The notes beneath the pieces are model-generated. The model saw only the letters and a program-made list of their open reading frames with translations, was not told the origin of the DNA and ran no database searches. A DNA stretch of 64,000 nt, taken from Betaproteobacteria bacterium. GTDB taxonomy: Bacteria > Pseudomonadota > Gammaproteobacteria > Burkholderiales > Ga0077523. Positions 18,064 through 28,900 of the stretch are shown in pieces (within the stretch, counting starts at the first letter, position 1; every line of letters begins with the position of its first letter). The position numbers were made by a program, and so were the translations under genes. The stretch covers positions 296,192 to 360,191 of the forward strand of contig JADJPK010000008.1 in the NCBI GenBank assembly GCA_016713305.1. Reading direction: 5' to 3'.

Positions 18064-20123
18064 TCATGGCCGTTCTTCGCCCGTGTGCCGCCGCCCGAGG
18101 GATTCGAGCAGCAGATTGCCCATCGCGTCGCGCCGCGCCAGGAAGCCGGGTTCCACGACGACGGTGGTGTCCAACTGCTCCACGATGGCGGGCCCCTCGA
18201 ACTCCGCAGTTTCGGGCAGCGCCTCGCGGCGATAGACCGGCGTGTCGCGCCACCCGCCTTCGAACCACACCGGCCGCCGTTCGCGCAGGGCCTCCCGCAG
18301 CGTCGGCGCGGGGGCGCCGCGGCCCAGATCCGCCAGCGGCAAGGCCTTGCGGCGTCCCAGCACGGCCGTGTGCAGGTTGACGAGCACGGGCCGGATCTCC
18401 GGCAGCGTCACCTGGAACCGGTGCCAATAGGCCTGCTCGAAGGCCCGGCGGATGTCGTCCCGGGAGACGTCCCGCCCGGCCAGGGGATCGTGAGCAGGTG
18501 GCTCTGGCCCTGGAACTGCAGATCGGCCTCGTACAGGGATTCCACCGATTCGATGGCAGCTTCCTGCCGGGCCAGCATCGTCCGGCCCTCGGCGGTCTGC
18601 TCGTCGAGCACCGCACGAACCAGTCCGTCGGGCAGGTCGGACAGGGGCACGTTCACCGTGCGCACGAAGTCGTGCCGCAGGTCCGCGACGGCGCAGCCGA
18701 GGGCGTTGGTCAGTCCCGGCCGGGCCGGAACGAGCACCTGGGGTATGCCCAGTTGGCGCGCGAGCGCACACGCATGCAGCGGGCCCGCGCCGCCGAACGC
18801 GAAGAGCGCGAAATCGCGCGGATCGTAGCCGCGCGCCAGGCTCACCATCCGGATGGCGCCCGCCATGCGGTCGTTGGCGACCCTGAGGATGGCCGCGGCC
18901 GCCGCGTCGGCCTCGACGCCGATGGGCTGGCCGATCCTCTGTTCCAGGCGCTCCCGCACGCGGGCCAGCGTGACGGGGGCGTCGACGGCCAGGAGCCGGG
19001 CGGGATCCAGGCGGCCCAGCACGAGATTGGCGTCGGTGATCGTCGGTTCCTCGCCGCCGCGCCCGTAACAGATGGGGCCGGGCCGCGCACCTGCGCTCCG
19101 CGGGCCCACCTGCAGCAGCCCGGCCTCGTCGATCCGCGCGATCGAGCCGCCCCCGGCGCCGATGGTGTGCACGTCGACCATCGGCACGTGGATGGGCATG
19201 GCGTATTCCAGCTCCAGCTCCGTGCTCAAGCGCGGCATGCCGTCCTCGATCAGGGCCACGTCGGTGGAGGTGCCCCCCATGTCGTAGGTGATCAGCCGGG
19301 GCAGCCCTGCGGCACGGCCGGTCGCCGCCGCGGCGATCACGCCCGAAGCGGGGCCGGACATGACGGAGCTCACGGCGAACTCGTGAGCCACACCTGCTGC
19401 GGTCGTTCCCCCGTTGCCCTGCATGACCAGCAGTTCGCTGCGGAACCCCCCGGCCGCAAGTCCGTCGCGCAGCCGGGCGAGATAGCGGTGGAGCACCGGC
19501 TGCACGGACGCGTTGACGGCGGCCGCCACACCTCGTTCGTACTCGCGGTATTCGGACAGCACCTGGTGACCGAGGGTCACGTAGCCGTTGGGCCACAGCG
19601 AACGCGCGATCTCGCCGGCCCGCAACTCGTGTGCCGGGTTGCGATAACTGTGCAGGAAGTGGATCGCGAGCGACTCGCAGCCCGCCGCAAGCAACTGGTT
19701 CACGGCCTGCCGGACGGCCTCCTCGTCGAGCGGTTTCAGGATTTCGCCGTCGGCGTCCATGCGTTCCCGAACCTCGAGGCGCCGTTCCCGCGGCACCAGC
19801 GGTACGAACGTGCCCGTCAGTCCATACGGCGTGGGTCGGGTTCGGCGCCCGACCTCCAGGACATCCCGAAAGCCTTCGGTCGTGATGAGCCCCACGAGCG
19901 GAAGACGGCGTTCGAGGAGCGCATTGGTCGTGGCGGTCGTGCCGTGAACGATGGCGTCGAGACTGTCGAGCGGCAGGCGGGCCTGTTCCAGCGCGGCGAG
20001 CACGCCCAGGGCCTGGTTGTCGGGTGTGGTGGGAACTTTTGCGACCCGAACTTCACCGGTAGCGCTGTCGAATACGATCAGATCGGTGAACGTGCCACCG
20101 ACATCAATCCCTGCGGTTCTCAT
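18064..20123 (-). pseudogene. hyuA: Hydantoinase A / oxoprolinase family subunit, frameshifted as sequenced
   Basis: The N-terminal 545 aa or so (MRTAGIDVGGTFTDLIVFD...) are in ORF 18408..20123. The C-terminal 140 aa or so (...RDVSRDDIRRAFEQAYWHRFQVTLPEI...) are in the -1 frame (ORF 18064..19596). The switch maps to the G4 run at 18483-18486 (coding strand ATCCCCTGG). One extra C would give ...HLLTIPLAGRDVSRDD... and a normal 686-aa protein. Confidence 0.85.
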
Positions 20124-20282
20124 GGGCGCAGTTTAGCGGGGCCGACCGCAAAAATATCGCGCTATCCCGCCCGAAATGCCGTTCCCGGGGTTGACGAAAC
20201 CCGCCGATGGCGTAGATTCCGGGGCATCGGCCGAAGCCTCCCCGAGGGCCCCGGCACTACCAGAACAATCGGAGACCTCGTC

Positions 20283-20921
20283 ATGAAAATCGCGCGTTCC
20301 ATCGCGGCCGCCCTAGCCACGTTGCTGGTTGCAGGTGCGGCGAATGCCTTTACCCTGTCCCTTTCGAATCCCGGCAGCGTTTCCCTCGGCCAGACCTTTG
20401 CGGTGTCCGTCGGATTCCAGCCCGAGCCCACCGATACGCTCGACCAGCTGGCGAGCGCGCAGATCGCCCTGAACTTCGACAACACCGCCCTCGAGCTGGT
20501 GATCCCGGCGAGCAATTCGGACTTCCTCGGCAGCTTCATCTCCACCGATTTCGCGGTGACCGATGCCGTGCTTCCCGGCGACCCCCTCGGTCAGCCCGAT
20601 CAGGTCTCGCTGCTGGCTGAACTGGGTTTGCTGGCAACAGGTCCCAGCGGGGGTGGAGAACTGTTCAAGTTCAATTTCCGCATGCGCAACGACCCGGCCC
20701 TCGAAGGTACCGGACCGTTCTTCTTCAGTGCCAATGCAATTCTCGGTTTCAACATGCCCGATCCGGGTTCTTCGAGCGACCGGCTCGCGGCCCGTGGCGC
20801 CGTGGATGTGCAGCGCAACACGGTACCGGAACCTGAAGGGTTGGTGTTGCTGGGCATCGCGCTCGTCGCGGCCGGTGCCGCGACACTGCGCCGGGGACAC
20901 CGCCCGACCCGTCGCACGTGA
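20283..20921 (+). CDS. Small PEP-CTERM protein with a cohesin-like domain
   Basis: 212 aa from ATG 20283 (GGAGA 7 nt upstream). Signal peptide MKIARSIAAALATLLVAGAANA. The core ...VSLGQTFAVSVGFQP...ASAQIALNFDNTALELV... has the cohesin-type pattern. The C-terminus VPEPEGLVLLGIALVAAGAATLRRGHR is a PEP-CTERM motif. Confidence 0.8.
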   Translation: MKIARSIAAALATLLVAGAANAFTLSLSNPGSVSLGQTFAVSVGFQPEPTDTLDQLASAQIALNFDNTALELVIPASNSDFLGSFISTDFAVTDAVLPGDPLGQPDQVSLLAELGLLATGPSGGGELFKFNFRMRNDPALEGTGPFFFSANAILGFNMPDPGSSSDRLAARGAVDVQRNTVPEPEGLVLLGIALVAAGAATLRRGHRPTRRT

Positions 20922-21000
20922 GTTGACTCTGCGCGGGAGCGCTTCCCGGCCGGCATGAAATGCCGGTAAGGGGCGTGCCAGGCGTGACAGCGAAGTTCCG

Positions 21001-21032
21001 GAAGGCCCGCGATTGCGGGCCTTCGTTTTTTT
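21001..21032 (+). terminator. Rho-independent terminator after the small PEP-CTERM gene
   Basis: gaaggcccgc-gatt-gcgggccttc has a 10-bp stem and is followed by gttttttt. Confidence 0.75.
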
Positions 21033-21219
21033 GCGTACGTGCGGTCGCTTCTTGCGGCAGAAACGAGAACCCGGGCATGGTGGTCCTTCCCCTGCTCCGT
21101 GCCGCAGTGCAGGTCTGGCCGATCTGCCGCGATCGAGCCCATGCGGTCACGGGGAACGGCGCATCTCCCGCGCCCGTCATCGGGCCGGTCGCATTCGCCG
21201 ATGCCGGAGCCCGTCCTGA

Positions 21220-21267
21220 TTGTGTTCGCTCAACAGCGATGTGAATTTTGCATTGACGTGCCACAAC
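21220..21267 (+). promoter_or_regulatory. Two FNR/FixK-box-like sites upstream of the giant gene
   Basis: TTGTgttcgcTCAA (21220-21233) and TTGAcgtgccACAA (21254-21267) each match TTGA-N6-TCAA at 7/8 positions. Their centres are 34 bp apart, 150-190 nt upstream of ATG 21415. Confidence 0.3.
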
Positions 21268-21414
21268 TGACGTTGCACCCTCCCGCACGAGGCAGCATTG
21301 CCGCACCGGTCCGCGGCCTTCAGGGATCTACGCCGGTCCGTCTCGGGCGCACGAAGACGCCGGGCCCCTGAGGTCACGACACAAGAAGCAGAACAACGCA
21401 GTCGAGGGGATCCC

Positions 21415-24400
21415 ATGAAGCGTCCACGCCCGCAGTCCGTCCATTTTTCGTCCGCCGCCCGTCCTCCTTTCGCCCGCAAGGCCCTGTTCGAACGGCTCGA
21501 GCCGCGCATCCTGCTGTCCGCGGACGCCCCCGGACTCGTGGATTCGGCAGGATTGCTCGCGATCCAGCTGGGGGATGCCGGCCACGAAGTCGTGGTCACG
21601 CGGACCGGCGATGCGCAGAACGGCGGCGCCCTCCTGCGCGTCGACATCGACGGATCGTTCTGGGACTTCGGCGACGCCGCCGATGGCGTGACGTCGCTGC
21701 GCATCGACGGTGGCGCCGGCGACGACCGGATCGACGCTTCCGGCGCGGCTGTCACCACGACCGTGGATGGTGGCGCGGGCCAGGATTCCCTGGTCGGACC
21801 GCGGCAGGACGTGCGCTGGTCCCTCACGGGGGACGGTGCGGGTGCGGTGGGAGGCGTGACCTTCAGCCGCATCGAGAACCTGCTGGGCGCTGCGGACAAC
21901 CGGGATACGTTCGTGCTCTTCGCCGGCGGCGGGTTGAGCGGCACGGCGGATGGCGGATCCGGCGGATTCGACTCCCTCGAGATCGATGCGGGTCCCATCT
22001 CGCTGGCGCGGTTCCTCGCCGACGGTCCGGATTCGGGGGTGGTGGAACTCGACGGCGACACCTTCCGTTATGCCGGCCTGGAACCGATCACGCTCACCAG
22101 CACCGCAGGTGAGATCGTCGTCGATGCCACGAGCGACGACAACACGCTCGTGCTCGAGGCCGACCCCACCAACAGCGCGAACCTGCGCGTGCGCAGCACC
22201 GACGGCACCATCGAGAGCGTGTCGTTCGCCCGCGCGTCGACGTCGATCACCATCAATCTGCTGGGCGGCGACGATTCGCTGGATATCGGCGATCTGGGCG
22301 CGGGCATCACGGCATCGCTCACGGTGGATGGCGGCGACGGCGACACCGATCTGATCACGGTGTCGGGGGACGTCGTACTTCCGGGGAAGGACGTGTCCCT
22401 GTCCGCGGAGACGGTCACCGTCGCCTACACGGGCAGCCTCTCCGTGCGCACGACGGCGGCGGGTGCAGACCAGGAAACGGCGGCGTCCACCGGCGGCTCG
22501 GGCAACATCGCGTTGCTGGGTCAGAACGTCGTCGTTGCCGCGGATGCCAGGCTGCTCTCGCAGGACACCCGGGCGGGACAGGCCTCCGCCGCGATCTCGC
22601 TCGGAACGGTCGCGGGCGACTGGACGGCAAACAAGCTCGGCACGCAAACCGTTTCGGGCACGTGGACCCGTGGACTCACCCACCGCCTCGTCGGCGCGAC
22701 GTCCACTTCCGGATCGGGCGACGGCATGGTCGTGGACATCTCGGTGGATGCCTCCGGGAACGTGTCGGCCACGCTGGTGGACATCGGCGAGGACTACGTG
22801 GTGGGTGACACGGTCACCTTCGACGAGCCGGATCGGAATCCCGACGGAGGCGACGACCTCTCCACGAACGGGTCGGTCACCTTCACGCTGGTCGCCTCGC
22901 ACAAGGGTGTGCGTCCGGCGGAAACCTCGGGCGACGGCGAAGGCATGACCGTCGACATCGATGTCGACGCGAGCGGCACGCTGACCGTCTCGATGGACAG
23001 CCCGGGCGCCCGCTATGCGGTGAACGACACCGTCACCTTCAACGATCCGCTGGAGACGTTCGACCCCTTCGGCCAGGACAACACGGCGGAGGTGACCGTC
23101 ACGGCCTGGGCGGGCAACATCCTCGTGGAAGGACGGCATCAGTTCACCTCCGCCTCTGCCTTCCAGTTCTACGACGCGATCGACACCGAGCCGCTCGTCA
23201 CGGTGGATGGGGCAACGCTCCGCGGCGAGAACATCACGATCCGCGCGGTGGCCAACTCCATCAACGAGCCGGGCGAGGACGAGGTCGTCGGCCAGACCGT
23301 GGACGATCTCGGCCTGGGCGGGCTGGACGACCTGAACGCATTCTTCGGCATGGTGAAGGCCACCTCCACGGCGCAGGCGGGCGTCGCGGCCGCGGTCGTC
23401 ACGAGCGGACTGACGCAGGCCGGCACCTGGACAGGCGATCTTTCGCACGCGCGCGTCGCCGCGACGTCCACTTCGGGCAGCGGCACCGGCATGCTCGCCG
23501 ACATCGAGGTCGACGGTGACGGGCTCGTCACGATCACCGTGGTCAATCCTGGAACGGGCTATCAGGCCGGAGACACGGTCACCTTCTCGGAACCCGGCGA
23601 AGACGCCGACGGCGAGGCGCTCAGCACCAACGGAACCATCTCGGTCCGGATCGACCTCTGGCAGCCGACGATCATTCGCGCGGAAGGCGACGTGAACGTC
23701 GAGGCGTGGGCCGGCGCCAAGGCGGACCTCCTCACGGGCGGTGTGCTGTTCGGTCTGGGCCTCACGTTTGCAACCGTCGATGCCACGGCGTACGTGGCGG
23801 GAGGCGCGGACATCACGTCCGGCGGCGCGCTGCGCGTGCAGTCGCTGGCCGAAAACATCTCCGACATGGCCGTCAACGTGACGTCCGCCCGCAGCATCCC
23901 GACGCTGAGCGGCGGCTATGCCGCCGCACGCAGCATCGTGGACGCCCATGTCGACTCGGGCGCGCTGCTGTCGGTGCACTCGCTCGACGTGCTCGCCGAT
24001 ACGCAGAACGACGTGAACGCGACCGTCGTGCCGTTGGAACTGGTCGATGCGCAGTCGAGCGGCATGGCCGTGACGATCGCGGTGATCGACTCCGACACCA
24101 CGGCGTTCGTCGACGCCGCGGTCACCGTGCCGGGCGACGTGTCGGTGGTCGCCTCCACGGAAGTCGAGAACGAGAACACCGCCGCAGCCGAGCCGAGCAG
24201 CGCCACCGGCGGCATCCTCGGCGCCGGGTTCGGCGCGATCAAGAACAAGATCAGTTCGAAATCCGCGCCCGCGCAGAGCGGCGCGGAGAAGTTCGAATTC
24301 TCGGCGGGCATCGCCGTCACCTTGTCGGACAACGACTCCACCGCGTACATCGGGTCGAATGCGGACGTGAAGGCGGGAGGTGACGTGACCGTCGACGCTT

Positions 24401-25953
24401 CCGTGTACGACGACCTCCGGATCTCCGCCACGAGCACGGCGGAGGATGCGCAGACCGGCATCAGCGTGTCGGTCGCTGTCGCCGAGACCGACGACCACGC
24501 TACCGCGTATATCGCCGATGACGCGCGCGTGAATTCCCGCGGCGCGCTGACGGTCCACTCGAGCACGGTGATCCCCAATCCGCTGCCGGACAACGCCTGG
24601 GGCGTCTTCGCGCCCGACGCGGACACCGGTGCAGGCGCCATCTTCAGCGTCCTCAAGTCGACCATCAACTTTGAATCGCTGATGTTCTCGCTGTTCACGT
24701 CGTATGTCCGCTCCGGGGCCGTATTCACGGAATCCGGCACGGCGACGTCCGGCGGCAGCGGCACCACGGCGCCCGAGAGCAAGCTGTCTCTGGCGGGCAG
24801 CTTCAACTGGCTCGAATACGACAATGCCAGCCATGCGTACATCGGCGCCGGGGCCCAGATCAATCAGGACGCCGCATACCGGGCCGACGGGCAGACCGTC
24901 AGCGTGACGGCAGATTCGAAGATCAAGACGCTGAACGTCGTCGGCATCTTCTCCTTCCCCAACCCCGCCAACGCCATCGGTTCCGACGGCAAGACCTCAC
25001 AGGCGTTGATCGATTCGATCAACCCGCTCGGCAACTCCGGCAAGGCCGCGCTCGGCGGATCGCTCACCTATCTCAACTACGGCACCAGCACGATCGCGGA
25101 GATCAAGGAAGGCGCCGTGGTGTATGCGCGGCAGGGCACGACCGTCCGCTCGAAGTCCGATCACTGGACGTTCATGCTGAGCGTGGCCGGCGGCAAGGCC
25201 GAGAAGACCGGCGTGGAAGGCGCCTTCGGCATGGTGGACCAGACGAGCGTCACGCGCGCTCAGGTGCACGATGGTGCGACCGTCACCGGCGGCGGACTCG
25301 CGATCCTGTCCACCGACGACACCAGCCACCTCAACGTGACCGGCGGGGCGGTCTGGAGCAAGAACGTCGGCGTGGGATTCTCCATCGGCGTCGAGGACGT
25401 GGACCGCACGGTCGAGGCCGTGCTGGGCGAGAGCGATGCGACGGCGACGGCGCTGGCGACCACGGTGGACGTGACGGGCGATGTGCAGATCGAAGCCGAG
25501 GCGACGGGCCAGGTGGAGAGCTATTCGGTGGCGGCCTCGCTCAAGACGGCGACCGACGCCAACACGAACCAGGGATCTCCCACCGGGTCGACCAACCAGA
25601 GTCTCGGGCCGTCAGGCTCGGGCGGACAGCAGCCGGTCAACGTTTCCGGCGGGAGCGGAAGCGGCGGGAGCGGTGGCTCCGGTGGGACGGGCGGCACGGG
25701 GAGCACCGGTGGGACGGGCGGCACGGGGAGCACCGGTGGAACAGGCGGTACGGGGAGCACCGGCAGCAGTACTCAGAGCCAGACGGGGTACGCCATTGCC
25801 GGCGACGTGTCGGTCAACATCATCGACGACACCGCGCGTGCCGTAGTCAACGCACCCGGAACGGTGAAGACCGGCAGCGCGCGCGACCTCGACGTCGTCG
25901 CCGCGAACACGACGGACTTCGTGGCGCTGGCCGGCGCCGCCACGTTCTCCTCG
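21415..25953 (+). CDS. Giant gene segment A (LEPR-XLL N-terminus, Ca-binding-like GxGxD repeats, beta-solenoid repeats)
   Basis: Part of tracked ORF 21298..26013. Sensible sequence ends at ...DFVALAGAATFSS, and the last 20 codons before the stop at 26013 are out-of-frame noise. Confidence 0.8.
21496..21516 (+). other. LEPR-x-LL signature (LEPRILL) in the N-terminal region of the giant protein
   Basis: Codons 28-34 encode L-E-P-R-I-L-L within ARKALFERLEPRILLSAD. Confidence 0.7.
25681..25761 (+). repeat. 27-bp in-frame tandem repeat x3 (GGTGGTGST)
   Basis: ggtgggacgggcggcacggggagcacc occurs at 25681-25707 and identically at 25708-25734. A third copy with 3 mismatches lies at 25735-25761. Confidence 0.9.
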
Positions 25954-28900
25954 GATCGTCGACCGTGCAGTCGAAGTCCGTCGGCATCGCCGGTTCGCTG
26001 GGCGTCAATGTGATCACCGGCACGACCGAGGCCTCCATCACGGACGCGACCGTTTCGCAGGTCGGCGATGTGAGCGTGGACGCGGCGCGGACCGGCACGT
26101 ACCTCACCGTCACGGCAGGAGGTTCCGGCTCCGCCCGCTCGACGGGCGTGAACGTGGCCGGTTCGGTGTCGTGGAACGAGTTGGAGGACACCACCGACGC
26201 CTTCATCGACAGTGCATCCATTACGGCAAGCGGGGCGCTGCGCGTCCAGTCGACCAACAGCACGACCGTCACCGCCATCGCCGGCGCGGCGGCCTTCACG
26301 CTCCCTCTCGGGTCCCAGTCTCCCGGGTCCAGCGGCGCCATCGGACTGTCCGTGGGCGTGAACCGGGTGACATCCACGGTCAATGCCTACTCGAAGGGAT
26401 CCACGCTCACTGCGGGCGGCGATGTCAGCATCGATGCCCTGTCGACCATCGACATCGAAGGCTATTCCTACGGTGGCGCGCTGTCGGTCTCCACGGGACG
26501 CAGCAGTTCCGGCTCGGGGCTCGTCTGGGACGGCGCGGGCGCTGGTGCGGGCAACGAAGTGACGAACACCGTCGCGGCCTACGTCGAAGGCGGCAGCGTG
26601 ACCACGACCACCGGCAGTGGCGGTGACGTCTCGGTTTCCGCGACCGACCGCTCGGTGGTCGATTCCGACGCCGGCGGGTTCGCCCTCTCGCTTTCCTCGG
26701 CAAGCCAGGGCTCCAGCCAGACGCTGTCGGTGGGCATTTCGGTGGGCGTGAACATCGTCACCAACACGACGGAGGCCACCATCGACGGGTCGACGGTGAA
26801 TGCCGACGGCGCAGTTTCGGTCGATATGAAGTCCCTCGCTTCCATCGAGGCGCTGACCATCGCCGGAACCCTGGTGGGCGTGCAGACCAGCGGCACCGGT
26901 TTCGGCGGATCGGGGGCGGGCGCCGGATCGGGCAACACGGTGAAGAACACCGGGCGGTCCCGGGTGCGCAACGGCGCGTCCGTCACCGCGGGCGGCGGTG
27001 TCAGCGTGTCGGCCACCGATGCGATCTCGGAAGACGACAAGAGCCTGATCAAGGCCGACGCAGGCGGGGTGGCCATCGCGTTGACCCTGCAGAGCCAGGG
27101 CTCCACCAACGTCAACGTGACCTTCGGCATCTCGGTCGCGGTGAACGACGTCGAGAACACGGTCGAATCCCTGGTGGACGACAGCACGATCGTGGCAGGC
27201 GCCGCCGTGAGTCTGGAGGCGCAGTCGGACATCGAGATCGATGCGCTGACCATCGCCGGTTCGCTGAGCGGCAGCTATTCGTCGCAGCAGGGTGGCCTGC
27301 CGATCAACATCTCTGGTGCCGGCGCAGGGTCGGGCAACACCATCACCAACACCGTCTCGGCGACGATCGAGAACGGTTCACAGGTGACCACGAACAACGG
27401 CGGCGGCGTCACGCTGCTCGCGCACGACGATTCCGAGATCACGGCCGATGCCGGTGCCATCGCCCTGGCGTTGAGCTATTCGCAGGGCAGCGCGGTCAAC
27501 GTCTCCGTTGGGGCGACAGCCGCGGTGAACGAGATCACCAACACGGTCGAGGCCGGCGTGGACGCATCGACGGTCGATGCGGACGGCGCGTTCCAGGCCA
27601 CGGCCGAGACCACGGCCACGATCGACGCCCTCACGCTGGCCGGCGCGGGAACCGGCACGTTGTCGGGCGGCCAGTCCGGCGTGGGTGTTGCCATCGCCGG
27701 CGCAGGGACGGGGTCCGGCAACGACCTCGCCAACTCCACGCTCGCGTACATCCGCAACGGCAGTTCCGTATCCACGGACAACGCCGGTTCCGTCAGTCTC
27801 ACGGCGACGAACGCGTCCACCATCACGGCCGACGCCGTGGCGGGCAGCCTGTCCGTGCAGTACGGTGGATCGGCCGGTGCCTCCGTCTCCATTGGTGCCG
27901 CCATCAGCGTGAACGACATCGGCGACACCACACGCGCATACGTCGAGGATTCCGACGTCGCTTCCGACGGTGCGGTGACCCTCGACGCCCGCTCCACGGC
28001 CATCATCGATTCGCTGTCCGTCGGTGCCGCGGTCAGCGTGTCCGCCAGCGGCCAGAGCGGCGCGGTGGCCATTGCAGGCGCTGCGGCGGGCGCGAGTTCC
28101 TACAACACCATCGACAACACGACCGAGGCGTACCTGAGCGGCGCGAGCACGGACATGGTGACGACCGGAACGGGCGCGCTCCTGGGCATCACGGTGGTGG
28201 ACGAGAACCGCATCACCGCCGACGCCGGGGCAGGCAGCCTCGCCGTGTCGTTCTCCCTGGAGGGCGGCTCGTTCGCCGCGGCCATCGGCATCGGTCTCGC
28301 CTACAACGACATCACCAACACCGTGCGGGGCTATATCTCCGGCACCACGATCGATGCCGGGTCGGTGGACATCGACGTTGCCACGGAACCCGAGGACAGC
28401 AGCGAACCGATGATCGATGCGCTGGCCGTGGGCGTGGCGGTGGCGGCGGCGATCACCAATCCCCAGCAAGGCTTCAGCGTCGCGCTTTCCGGCGCCGGCG
28501 CCGAGTCGGACAACACGATCGACAACACGGTCACGGCCTTCATCGACGGGTTCGCCGACATCACCACCACCGGTGGAGTTCGGGTGGCGGCGTCCGAGAC
28601 CGCCACCATGTCGGCGGATGTGCCCGCCATCGCTGCGTCTCTTGGCGTGCTGTCCGCCGCCATCGGCGTGTCGATGAGCGAGAACACCATCGAGTCCGAC
28701 GTCGATGCGTACATCGACGATGCGACGATCGATGCCGGCGCGGGCGTCGACGTCGTGACGAAGTCCGACGACAGCATCGAGGCAACGACGACTCCCATCG
28801 CCATCTCCATCGGCATCGGCATCGCAGGCGCGGGTGCGGAGGCGCTGTCGACGATAGCCGGTTCGGTCGAAGCCTGGCTCGGCGACAACGCGGACATCAC

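Noticed and set aside
21328-24834. Very long antisense ORFs inside the giant gene (21328..24834, 27378..29618, 33026..34477, 35069..36850, 37595..38950, 40079..43969, 43422..45194, all minus strand)
   Set aside because: Their translations are dominated by Arg/Gly/Asp/His/Pro with no motifs. This is typical of stop-poor off-frames in GC-rich DNA, whereas the plus strand carries clear domain and repeat signal.
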